Source: an uncultured archaeon
GTDB lineage: Archaea > Aenigmatarchaeota > Aenigmatarchaeia > CG10238-14 > SCSR01
DNA: 52,040 nt
Reading direction: 5' to 3'
Assembly (NCBI GenBank): GCA_964645905.1
Contig: CAZYBR010000002.1
Location: 1 to 52,040 of the forward strand
Made by a program: the position numbers and the translations under genes. Below the pieces are notes generated by a model, which worked only from the letters and a program-made list of their open reading frames with translations, made no database searches and was not told where the DNA came from. The stretch's first letter is position 1, and each line of letters starts with the position of its first letter. Shown here one piece after another: positions 44,145-52,040 of the stretch.

Positions 44145-44870
44145 TTACGAGTCCAGTTCAAAACCAGAACGCTTGGCATGCAGTATTGTCGCCCTGAACA
44201 ATGACTCGAACGTCCCTGCATCAGACCAGAACCCGTCCAAGGTCACGGACTTCAATTTGTTCTGCTTGATGAACCAGTTATTGACATCTGTGATTTCCAG
44301 CTCTCCTCTTCCGCTCGGCTTCAGGGTCTTGATGAACTCAAAGACGCTCGGAGGATAGATGTAAAGCCCTGTTACAGCGTATTCAGATTTTGGATTTGCC
44401 GGCTTTTCCTCAATATCTATGATATTTTGGTTTCCATCGAACACAGGCACCCCGAACCTTTCAGGATCCTTCACCTGCTTCAGAAATATGTATGCGTTAT
44501 TGTCCTTCGTCGCCTCTTCTGGTATTTCTACCTTTTCAAAGATATTGTCACCAAGGATAACCACTACTTTTTCATCCTTGAAGAACTCTTCAGCCTGTAA
44601 TAGAGAATGCGCTATGCCCAACGGGCCGTCCTGTATCCTGTAGGTTAGATTGACGCCAAATGAAGCCCCGCTACCTAGGAATTTCATGAAATCCCCTATG
44701 TTTTCACCGCCTGTCACAATGCAGATATCGATAATACCTAGACCTTTCAGGGTCTCAATAGGGTGCAGTATCATAGGCTTGTCAAAAACAGGCAACAAGT
44801 GCTTGTTGGTTATAGCTGTCAACGGTCTTAGACGCTTACCTTCTCCGCCTGCTAGAACGACACCTTTCAA
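44145..44870 (-). CDS. rmlA: Glucose-1-phosphate thymidylyltransferase
   Basis: KGVVLAGGEGKRLRPLT...NKHLLPVFDKPMILHPIETL. The start is set at the TTG at 44870, preceded by GGTGA at 5-nt spacing. The longest ORF (to 44948) adds 26 non-conserved residues and would overlap the divergent rmlC ORF. Confidence 0.8.
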   Translation of the reverse strand: MKGVVLAGGEGKRLRPLTAITNKHLLPVFDKPMILHPIETLKGLGIIDICIVTGGENIGDFMKFLGSGASFGVNLTYRIQDGPLGIAHSLLQAEEFFKDEKVVVILGDNIFEKVEIPEEATKDNNAYIFLKQVKDPERFGVPVFDGNQNIIDIEEKPANPKSEYAVTGLYIYPPSVFEFIKTLKPSGRGELEITDVNNWFIKQNKLKSVTLDGFWSDAGTFESLFRATILHAKRSGFELDS

Positions 44871-44936
44871 CCCAGTCACCTTAACCTTTAGATGAAATGA
44901 AATGTATTTATGCTTTTTAAACAAAGGAATTTTACG

Positions 44937-45416
44937 ATGACGATACAAGGCGTGCAGATTAAGGACCTAAAGCTTCTATCTGATGCAAGAGGCCAGCTGA
45001 TGGAGATGTTGCGGTCGGACGACAGTATTTTCAAGGGTTTCGGTCAGTGTTACATCACAGTATGCAATAAGGATGCTGTGAAAGCGTGGCACTATCATAA
45101 AGTGCAGACCGACAATTTCGTATGCATCAAGGGAAAGGCGCTTGTAGTGTTGTACGACCAAAGAAAAGACTCTCCTACGCATGGAAACGTGTTGAAATTT
45201 ATAATGGAGGAGCCATCTGATAAATCAAACCCGATTTTATTGCAAATTCCACCAGGAATAACACATGGATTCACCGCACTGGATAGTGAAAGAGCAGTTA
45301 TCCTGAACATTCCAGACAAAGTGTACAATCACAAAAACCCAGATGAGTTAAGATTGCCATGGAATACTGATGAAGTGCCGTTCAAGTGGCCGGACACTAT
45401 AAAAGTAGGTGGTTAA
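44937..45416 (+). CDS. rmlC: dTDP-4-dehydrorhamnose 3,5-epimerase-like cupin
   Basis: SDARGQLMEM and KAWHYHKVQTDNFVCIKGKALVVLYD motifs. An alternative upstream ATG is at 44910. Confidence 0.7.
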   Translation: MTIQGVQIKDLKLLSDARGQLMEMLRSDDSIFKGFGQCYITVCNKDAVKAWHYHKVQTDNFVCIKGKALVVLYDQRKDSPTHGNVLKFIMEEPSDKSNPILLQIPPGITHGFTALDSERAVILNIPDKVYNHKNPDELRLPWNTDEVPFKWPDTIKVGG

Positions 45417-46407
45417 GATTAAGATACTGGTGACAGGTGGCGCTGGTTTCATAGGGAGTAATTTTATAAGGCATATTTTGGCAAACGACTCAGATTCTGA
45501 AATCATTAATCTTGACAAATTGACATATTCTGGGAACCTTGACAATCTAAAGGACATTGAAAAGAACCCTCGATATTCTTTTGTCCAAGGGGACATTTGC
45601 GACAAAGATATTGTTGAAAAAATAATGGCGAAAGTCGACACAGTCGTAAATTTTTCTGCCGAGACGCATGTTGATAGGTCTATAGTATCAGCAAGCCCTT
45701 TCGTTACAACCAATGTATTGGGAACAACGATTCTATTGGAAGCCGCCCGAAAATCTGATATCAAGAAATTCATACATATCAGCACCGATGAAGTGTACGG
45801 AAGTATAAGTGAAGGCGCGTTCACAGAAGAGGATGAATTAAATCCAAGCAGTCCATATGCCGCAAGTAAGGCGGCTGCAGACATGGTAGCATTATCATTT
45901 TTTAAAACACATGGGTTGCCAGTCATCATAACAAGAACCACGAATAATTTTGGCCCATACCATTATCTAGAGAAGTTAATTCCAAAGATGATAGTCAATG
46001 CAATCATGGATAAGGAACTTCCTGTATACGGTGAAGGAAAAAATATAAGAGACTGGATATACGTAGAAGACAACTGCCGTGCGATATATCTCATTCTTGA
46101 GAAAGGTAAATCTGGGGAGATATACAACATTGCAGGTGAAAGTAAGATGCCTAATGTAGAAATTGTCAGAAAGATTCTGAATAAATTAGGAAAGAACGAA
46201 AGTCTAATCAAATTTGTAAAGGACAGACCAGGTCACGACTTCAGATATTCTCTCAATTGCGACAAGCTGAAGAAACTGGGTTGGAAAACTTCGGCAAGTT
46301 TCGATGAGAACTTGGGGAAGACAATTTCTTGGTATCAATCCAATGAGTGGTGGTGGAAGAAACTGCTTTCAAAAGATTCCGTTGATTTTCATCAAAAGTT
46401 TAACTAA
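45409..46407 (+). CDS. rmlB: dTDP-glucose 4,6-dehydratase
   Basis: ILVTGGAGFIGSNF, YAASKAAAD, NNFGPYHYLEKLIPKMI. 332 aa. Confidence 0.9.
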   Translation: MVKIKILVTGGAGFIGSNFIRHILANDSDSEIINLDKLTYSGNLDNLKDIEKNPRYSFVQGDICDKDIVEKIMAKVDTVVNFSAETHVDRSIVSASPFVTTNVLGTTILLEAARKSDIKKFIHISTDEVYGSISEGAFTEEDELNPSSPYAASKAAADMVALSFFKTHGLPVIITRTTNNFGPYHYLEKLIPKMIVNAIMDKELPVYGEGKNIRDWIYVEDNCRAIYLILEKGKSGEIYNIAGESKMPNVEIVRKILNKLGKNESLIKFVKDRPGHDFRYSLNCDKLKKLGWKTSASFDENLGKTISWYQSNEWWWKKLLSKDSVDFHQKFN

Positions 46408-46424
46408 TCCACCTAATTATTATT

Positions 46425-47294
46425 ATGAAAACAGCATTGGTTGCAATTCCGACTAATGGAAAACGCGAAGATATTCTAGACGTGATCAAGAATATACGCA
46501 CAAGTCTGAAGAGAATCAATGTCAGAGCAGTATTTTCAATATGTGCAGACAACCAAGACATCATAGTTAAAAAATCCCTGAAAGATACAATTTGTTTTTC
46601 ACTGAAACCAGAAGAATTCGATTACACCCATCATTTTGTAGAGGCGGTTAAACGTGGAATCTCGGAGTTCAAGCCAGATTTCATATCTACTACGGCAGAC
46701 GATTTTATAATACCTTCTAAAAGATTCTCAAACATGATAAAACCACTATTAGGTAAATGTGATCTCACTTTCGCTTCTTGGGGCTCCCAAAAAGTTGCAG
46801 ATTCTTATCCGAAATTCCAATATGTATCCGAACTTTTCGTAAGCAGAATCATAAACATAGCATCATCGAAGTCTTCGATAACAAACCAGATTACGTCATA
46901 CACGTTCGATTATAAAAAAGATTTTTCCAATATCATACAACTCTTCACAGGTTTATTTGCTATGAAGACCTACAAATGGAACTCAGTATTATCTAGAATA
47001 ATGGAAATTTATGGTTCCACCAAACTCGGATGGTCGTTGGAAGTATTGGTTTTATTCCTTGGTCATGATATGGGATTGAAAATAATGAACGCTCCGTGTG
47101 ACAGGTTTAAAGAAGGAAACAGCCCTGTAAAAGGCGAGAGATTTACAAGAATAAAACAAATGGAGGACGTCTTTAGACATACAAAACACTATTTGGAATT
47201 TACGAAACAGTTTGAAAAATTAAATAAGATAACGAAAATCCAGTCCGAAATGATTGGAATAGTCAATGAGATTCTGAATAAATCAGGCGCCTGA
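46425..47294 (+). CDS. Hypothetical protein, possibly a divergent GT-A fold glycosyltransferase
   Basis: 289 aa. The N-terminus is beta-strand-like (ALVAIPTNGKRED), with a DxD-like TTADDF and GWSLEV resembling the G-[WY]-G-x-E block of GT2/GT81 enzymes. It is embedded in the rml operon. Confidence 0.3.
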   Translation: MKTALVAIPTNGKREDILDVIKNIRTSLKRINVRAVFSICADNQDIIVKKSLKDTICFSLKPEEFDYTHHFVEAVKRGISEFKPDFISTTADDFIIPSKRFSNMIKPLLGKCDLTFASWGSQKVADSYPKFQYVSELFVSRIINIASSKSSITNQITSYTFDYKKDFSNIIQLFTGLFAMKTYKWNSVLSRIMEIYGSTKLGWSLEVLVLFLGHDMGLKIMNAPCDRFKEGNSPVKGERFTRIKQMEDVFRHTKHYLEFTKQFEKLNKITKIQSEMIGIVNEILNKSGA

Positions 47295-48149
47295 TTGCAT
47301 CTGAGTTTTCAATCTTCGCAGGCAGCTATCTACGTCCGAGAATTTCACACCTTCATTCAGTATCTTCGAAATATTCAATGAAGAATTTACCGGTCTCTTA
47401 GCAGTGAAATTGATTTCACTCATTTTAACAGGCTTTATTTTTGATTCGCCATAGCCGAATGCATTCGCAATCTTTCTAGCGAAATCATAACGTGATATGT
47501 TCTGGTTGCCCGCAGCATGATACGTCCCATTTAAACCTTTCTCAATAGATTTCATGACGGCTTCTGCAAGTTCAATTGCCAAAGTAGGGGAACTAATCAT
47601 GTCAGCCGGACACTCTAGATTACCAGACTGAAGCTTCTTAATCACCCATAATACAAAATTCTCTCCAGCATTGCTGTATACATGGGATGTTCTCATTATC
47701 AGATGATCTCCTAAATTTTTGACATATAATTCTCCTTCTAACTTGGTCACACCATAATAATTGATGGGATTTGTTTGGTCTGTTTCTTTATAATCCCCTT
47801 TGTTCCCGTCGAATACGTAATCAGTTGAAACATACAAAAATTTTGAGCTTACTTCTTTAGCAGCGTCGACTAGATTTTTCGTGCCATCGAAGTTTATTTG
47901 TCGCGCATCTTCTCTGTTCGTTTCACACAGGTCAACTTTGGTCGCAGCTGCACAGTGTATTATCCAATCCGGCTCGACTTTCTTAATTGTCTCAAAAATA
48001 TCTTCTCTATTCCGTATATCCACTTTGAAGAGATTACTGCCTAGTTTCTTAGGTTCTGTACCGAAATAAATCCCATAGTTTTCATGTTTGGATACGTTCA
48101 ACACTTGTGATCCAACCTGACCGCTCACGCCTGTTATCAGGATTTTCAT
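47283..48149 (-). CDS. rmlD: dTDP-4-dehydrorhamnose reductase
   Basis: MKILITGVSGQVGSQ and YGVTKLEGE. 288 aa. Confidence 0.85.
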   Translation of the reverse strand: MKILITGVSGQVGSQVLNVSKHENYGIYFGTEPKKLGSNLFKVDIRNREDIFETIKKVEPDWIIHCAAATKVDLCETNREDARQINFDGTKNLVDAAKEVSSKFLYVSTDYVFDGNKGDYKETDQTNPINYYGVTKLEGELYVKNLGDHLIMRTSHVYSNAGENFVLWVIKKLQSGNLECPADMISSPTLAIELAEAVMKSIEKGLNGTYHAAGNQNISRYDFARKIANAFGYGESKIKPVKMSEINFTAKRPVNSSLNISKILNEGVKFSDVDSCLRRLKTQMQSGA

Positions 48150-49600
48150 TCTTGTCTCACCTTGCTTATCTTATGTAGGAAGACTAGAAGCAATAAATTC
48201 GAGAAGACAACAAAACCAATCGAAAGAAACTGCTGTGAGCCGAACGAGATTATAGGCGATTTAAGGATAGGAATTATGCTACCGAACAACATGAAAAGTT
48301 TTGCATGGTCTGTAAGCCACAATCCCCATGAAAATGCCGAGAAAGACCACAGTAACTTGAAATCATTTTTCATCATCATGAAGAAAGTCCCGATGGTCGA
48401 CAAGACTACGCTCAACAATAGTATAGACTGCTCCAACGACGTGTATTCAGGTATCTTTGTCCATCTATATAGGGCAGCATAAGAAATCGCGCTTACCATC
48501 AGGAATAATATTCCTAGAACCTCCAATTTAGACATCCAAAAACCTTTCATACCACGTTGCGCATAAGTCATCAGCACAAAAATGAATGGCACAGACCAAT
48601 AGAATATATGCCAATGACTCATCTTTACGAAAACAGCCAGTATAAGCATGATCAGCACTACATTTCTTATCAGCTCTATTTTCTTATCCTTCAACCCGGA
48701 CCTTAGTATGTATATCCCGGCAACAAGGGTTGAGGCAAACAGCATCGGAAATGATATCAGTGAGATCGTTGGGTTTGGCAATCTTGTCCTTTCGTCAACA
48801 CCGTATATGAAATAATTCACCAGAATGTTGATGAATGATTGCATGCTTGTGCCGCCTATCGGATCCTGTAGCCCATAAGTTATCTGGATGAAAATGTTCA
48901 TGCCAGCTTCCAACAGGAATGGAAGGTTGATTGCAAATAGAGTTATCGCAAATACCGATGTGAATAGGAAAATTTTCTTGAATTGCATTGACTGGAGGAA
49001 ATAATAACCTATCATTGACAGGAATATAAGAGACGTCGGCATCTTGAAGCCGGCGGAAAGCGCGAGGAAAAATGCCGATAGGAATATATTCGGATTATTT
49101 TTGGTTACAAAATAAATCGAGCTTATCAAGAAGAACACTAACGGCAGATCGGATGTAGCATCAGCACCAGATATTAGCAATGGTACTAGTGAAAAAGCAT
49201 AAAAGACTGTAGCGTATCTTGCTTTTGTTGATCCTAGCAGATTCTTGGTCAAGTAGAATAATACAAAAATAATTCCTATGTCTGCTAATATCGCAGGCAT
49301 TTTTAGCATCAGATAATTCTCCCCAAAAAGTTTTATAATCCCTGCCATGATGAGCATGAACAAAGGACCGTATGGAGCAGGTTTTCCACCAGTATGGGTC
49401 GGCTCGACATAGAGAGTATTGCCTTCTAGAATAGCCTTGGCATCATCGACGTAATGCACAAAATCATGCGGCACGACGCTATAGCCTTCTCCAGGCAGCG
49501 AAATGTAAAGAGGAGCGAGTACCATCCTTACTGAAAGAGCCAGAATTAAAATTGTGAACAAAAAAGTTTTATCATTCTTTACGATGATGCTACCAAACAT
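48146..49600 (-). CDS. GT-C fold membrane glycosyltransferase (DUF2029/GT87-like)
   Basis: 484 aa and polytopic. The first loop HDFVHYVDDAKAILEGNTLY...APYGPLF resembles the DF..Y...A...G..LY...Y.Y.P motif of GT87/DUF2029 mannosyltransferases. Confidence 0.5.
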   Translation of the reverse strand: MFGSIIVKNDKTFLFTILILALSVRMVLAPLYISLPGEGYSVVPHDFVHYVDDAKAILEGNTLYVEPTHTGGKPAPYGPLFMLIMAGIIKLFGENYLMLKMPAILADIGIIFVLFYLTKNLLGSTKARYATVFYAFSLVPLLISGADATSDLPLVFFLISSIYFVTKNNPNIFLSAFFLALSAGFKMPTSLIFLSMIGYYFLQSMQFKKIFLFTSVFAITLFAINLPFLLEAGMNIFIQITYGLQDPIGGTSMQSFINILVNYFIYGVDERTRLPNPTISLISFPMLFASTLVAGIYILRSGLKDKKIELIRNVVLIMLILAVFVKMSHWHIFYWSVPFIFVLMTYAQRGMKGFWMSKLEVLGILFLMVSAISYAALYRWTKIPEYTSLEQSILLLSVVLSTIGTFFMMMKNDFKLLWSFSAFSWGLWLTDHAKLFMLFGSIIPILKSPIISFGSQQFLSIGFVVFSNLLLLVFLHKISKVRQE

Positions 49601-49604
49601 TAGA

Positions 49605-49988
49605 TCACATGTCCTTTTCGCTGATTTCCCGATAAGGCTTGTAAGGAATCATCTCTATTTTTCCTTTTGCACCTGGAGTGAATTCAATCATGCATGTGTC
49701 TTCTAATGCAGTGAACATATGTGCATTTCCAGGCTTTACGGTGAAATGATCCCCTGTTCTTATAGTCTTTTTAATTTCTTCCCCGTCGGCAAGGCTCTTT
49801 TCAGAATATTCAAATGACCCAGAAAGAACTATGTAAACCCGGTCTACTTTGAAAGAGTAGCCGCTTCTCGATTTTCCCTTTACTGTAAGTGATACAAGTG
49901 CTTCATAATCGCCGAACCTCAACAGTTTGAGATAGCCTCTTTTGTCGACTGAAATTTCTTCAAGCTTTGAATCTGTGTTAGCCATCAA
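49605..49988 (-). CDS. Cupin-domain protein
   Basis: 127 aa. It has VDKRGYL and cupin motif 2 (VKPGNAHMF). Motif 1 lacks the usual HxH (SGYSFK). Confidence 0.5.
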   Translation of the reverse strand: MMANTDSKLEEISVDKRGYLKLLRFGDYEALVSLTVKGKSRSGYSFKVDRVYIVLSGSFEYSEKSLADGEEIKKTIRTGDHFTVKPGNAHMFTALEDTCMIEFTPGAKGKIEMIPYKPYREISEKDM

Positions 49989-50044
49989 TTATTCTAATAA
50001 TTCTAATACTTTTAAATCATAGTAACCAATCATAGGATGGTAAC

Positions 50045-50404
50045 ATGTCACTGGTTTTAATTTTCTCTGCTATAATCCTAGCAGTTTTTGGTCAGCTCTC
50101 GATGAAAAAAGGCATGTCCAATGTCGGAGAGATCGCATTAAGGCAGTTGATTGGCCCTAGGATATTTTCACTTTTAGAAAAGTTTGTCATTCTAGGAATT
50201 GCATTATACGTGATGTCTACAGCCATATGGCTTGTCGTCTTGTCTCAAGAGGAGCTGAGCCTAGTTTATCCTTTGGTCGGGACAGGATATGCTCTGACAG
50301 CTATTCTGGCTAAATTCTTTTTCAAAGAAAAGCTGACTATGTTTCGCATGTTGGGAATCATGATGATCATTACCGGCGCATATCTTATTGTATCTAAGAT
50401 GTAG
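50045..50404 (+). CDS. Small 4-TM SMR/EamA-like transporter (ArnE/ArnF-like flippase candidate)
   Basis: 119 aa with four helices. It is a paralogue of the 43730..44113 product and is adjacent and convergent to an ArnT-like GT-C gene. Confidence 0.55.
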   Translation: MSLVLIFSAIILAVFGQLSMKKGMSNVGEIALRQLIGPRIFSLLEKFVILGIALYVMSTAIWLVVLSQEELSLVYPLVGTGYALTAILAKFFFKEKLTMFRMLGIMMIITGAYLIVSKM

Positions 50405-51995
50405 AATTTATTTCGTAAATTATGTTGCCGTCGCATCCGCCCTGCTGTATGCATTGCTGCAAGTTCGGACCGTTCTCGTAGACTTTCTTGAATTCATTCG
50501 TATTGTCTTCTAAAAGCCTTACGAAATTCACGGTATAGCCCTCTTGAAGAGGATCGTTTCTGAGGCTGAACTTTTGGACAAAGATATGTGTTATGCCGGT
50601 TTCTTTGGCGACCTTGAGTATAAAGTCTACATCATTGCTCAATTGGAAATCCGCAAGGTTTGGTGCCACTGTTCTCTGGCAGTTGTATGTCGTATGATGG
50701 CCCCATACAGTCGTTATCAATACATCCTGCGGCAGATTTTCTTTTACCCAATCACACGCTTCGAAAAATGAAGGCGAGAATTTCTTCACACTGGTCATGA
50801 CTTCCAGTTTTTGGGTCATGCTCGAATATCCGATGAAAATCACGATTATGATAATTGCAGTGCCCAGATACTTGTTATACTTTGTCATGAAAGAGTATAT
50901 CTCAGACAGGTATATGGCGGCAATAGTAGCGATTATAGGAGACCATCCCAACGTCCATCTTGCGACATCTTCTGTACGCGCATCGAACAATCTCGCGAAC
51001 AGAATCAGCATCACAAATACCATAATCCCAACCAATATGTTGGTATGGCTGTTCTTCCATAGCAGAAAGAGACCGGCTATCAGCGTAATGCCGACGAACC
51101 ATATGTTACCATAGGCAAATAGCATATAGTCTACCAATCCGAATTTCAAAAATCCTATATTTGTCCCAGCCTGTTCTACTACTTGAGAAAAGTTATATTT
51201 CGGTTCATATGTACTGGAATCACAGCGGCTGGTATCCAGAGGCGAAGTGCATAAAGGAGTATTGTAATAGACCAAGTTCCTAGCCAAAAAGGAAAATACA
51301 AGAATCAGAGCCAGCATGAGAGGCAACGAATATAATCTGAGTAGTTTCCTTAAATCATGTCTTGCTTTTAAGAACCCATAAACCACGACCATGCCCAGTA
51401 TCATGAAGATGAACACACCGATGATCTTTGTCAGGAACGCAAGTGCCGCAAACAAGCCAGATAAAATCAGATATCTCTTGTCCTCATTCTTGATTCCTAA
51501 AATCAGGCAAAACGCAAAAAGTGCGAAATAGAGCATCAGCAAGGTATCTACGTAGAACAATACAGCATAGGTGACTACAGCTGGAAAAGTGACCAAGATT
51601 ATAGACGCTATTGCCCCGACTTTCTCGTTGTATATTCTCTTCACCAAAAGATAGGTCGCGAGCCCTGTCAAGACAGAAATGAAAGGCGTTAGAAATTGGA
51701 CTATGAATTCTCTGAATCCGAAAATTGAATATATGCCAGATTCCAATAATTCCCACAATGGGGGTCTGGTGAAGCCACGCTGTTCCAAATTTGTAGTCTC
51801 TATCGGATTGTAAACAGGATACTCTTTATGTTCAGCCATCCATTGGGACATCCTGGTGTGGAATCCTTCGTCACCAAAGGCTATTGGAGATGTGAAAGTC
51901 ACCTGCAGTTCTGAAACAAGTGCAAAGAGCAAGAAACCAAGCAGAATGACAAGTTCGTATCTCCTTTTTAGGAAGTCCCCAAAGTCCATAACCAA
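50394..51995 (-). CDS. GT-C fold membrane glycosyltransferase (GT39/GT83, ArnT/PMT-like)
   Basis: 533 aa. The first loop FGDEGFHTRMSQWM...FTRPPLWELL (DE..H plus hPPL) is typical of ArnT/PMT-type enzymes. Confidence 0.65.
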   Translation of the reverse strand: MVMDFGDFLKRRYELVILLGFLLFALVSELQVTFTSPIAFGDEGFHTRMSQWMAEHKEYPVYNPIETTNLEQRGFTRPPLWELLESGIYSIFGFREFIVQFLTPFISVLTGLATYLLVKRIYNEKVGAIASIILVTFPAVVTYAVLFYVDTLLMLYFALFAFCLILGIKNEDKRYLILSGLFAALAFLTKIIGVFIFMILGMVVVYGFLKARHDLRKLLRLYSLPLMLALILVFSFLARNLVYYNTPLCTSPLDTSRCDSSTYEPKYNFSQVVEQAGTNIGFLKFGLVDYMLFAYGNIWFVGITLIAGLFLLWKNSHTNILVGIMVFVMLILFARLFDARTEDVARWTLGWSPIIATIAAIYLSEIYSFMTKYNKYLGTAIIIIVIFIGYSSMTQKLEVMTSVKKFSPSFFEACDWVKENLPQDVLITTVWGHHTTYNCQRTVAPNLADFQLSNDVDFILKVAKETGITHIFVQKFSLRNDPLQEGYTVNFVRLLEDNTNEFKKVYENGPNLQQCIQQGGCDGNIIYEINSTS

Positions 51996-52040
51996 ATATA
52001 GCTTATAAGGATTAAAACTTTTCTTAGTTTAAAAATGGGG

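Noticed and set aside
44871-44948. 5' extension of rmlA (longest ORF) overlapping the divergent rmlC ORF
   Set aside because: The extra 26 residues (MYRHRKIPLFKKHKYISFHLKVKVTG) are not part of the conserved thymidylyltransferase N-terminus. A TTG with a GGTGA site at 44870 gives the canonical MKGVVLAGG start.
1-52040. Scan for CRISPR arrays, tRNA/rRNA genes, IS elements, integrases and known defence-system genes
   Set aside because: I saw no regularly spaced direct repeats, no cloverleaf-capable intergenic segment (the gaps are too short or too AT-rich), and no transposase, integrase, Cas or restriction-modification-like ORF. This absence rests on visual inspection only; tRNAscan-SE, Infernal and a self dot-plot should confirm it.

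Overview
AT-rich, very gene-dense archaeal chromosomal segment. Archaeal hallmarks include an Hjc resolvase, a PolD-DP1-type subunit, a family-B DNA polymerase and AglH/Alg13/Alg14-type glycosylation genes. Starts are a mix of TATA-box/near-leaderless and GGTGA-type Shine-Dalgarno sites, with many 4-nt ATGA start/stop overlaps and several 3'-3' convergent overlaps. I recognised no rRNA, tRNA, CRISPR array, transposase or integrase. Layout: (i) 1-3.7 kb holds housekeeping genes (PRC-barrel, ThpR/LigT, two CBS proteins, Hjc, metallophosphoesterase, wHTH). (ii) 3.7-8.1 kb holds a 330-bp AT-rich spacer followed by a tight operon of small wHTH, degenerate DP1-like B-subunit and PolB; the PolB carries a C-terminal Cys4 zinc-ribbon extension. 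(iii) 8.1-31.8 kb and 41.9-52 kb form a very large surface-glycan supercluster. It contains an AglH-like initiating transferase, split Alg14/Alg13, a Wzx-like flippase, four GT2 and one GT4 enzymes, and six polytopic GT-C/YfhO-type membrane transferases. It also contains two small SMR/ArnE-like putative flippases, RmlABCD, GalU, a truncated Ugd, a DegT aminotransferase, a stand-alone ThDP E1 alpha/beta pair, a TylCIII-type sugar C-methyltransferase and three cupins. (iv) 31.8-41.9 kb, embedded in the glycan cluster, is a secreted-protein/toxin island. It encodes a DUF2341-LamG protein and a 1608-aa (probably 1660-aa) SpvB + six-blade FG-GAP propeller + RHS/YD protein with Tc-toxin BC-fusion architecture. 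That protein ends in a glycine-zipper region plus an unassigned C-terminal cargo and is followed by an overlapping immunity-type gene. The island also has a 191-nt duplicated rhs-core fragment, a small 2-TM ORF and a sequon-saturated YD/Ig-like surface protein. The two candidates I consider most worth follow-up are the archaeal Tc-like BC toxin/immunity locus and the eukaryote-like PolB + inactivated B-subunit + zinc-finger CTD module. All functional calls are from motif recognition by eye; no database search was possible.
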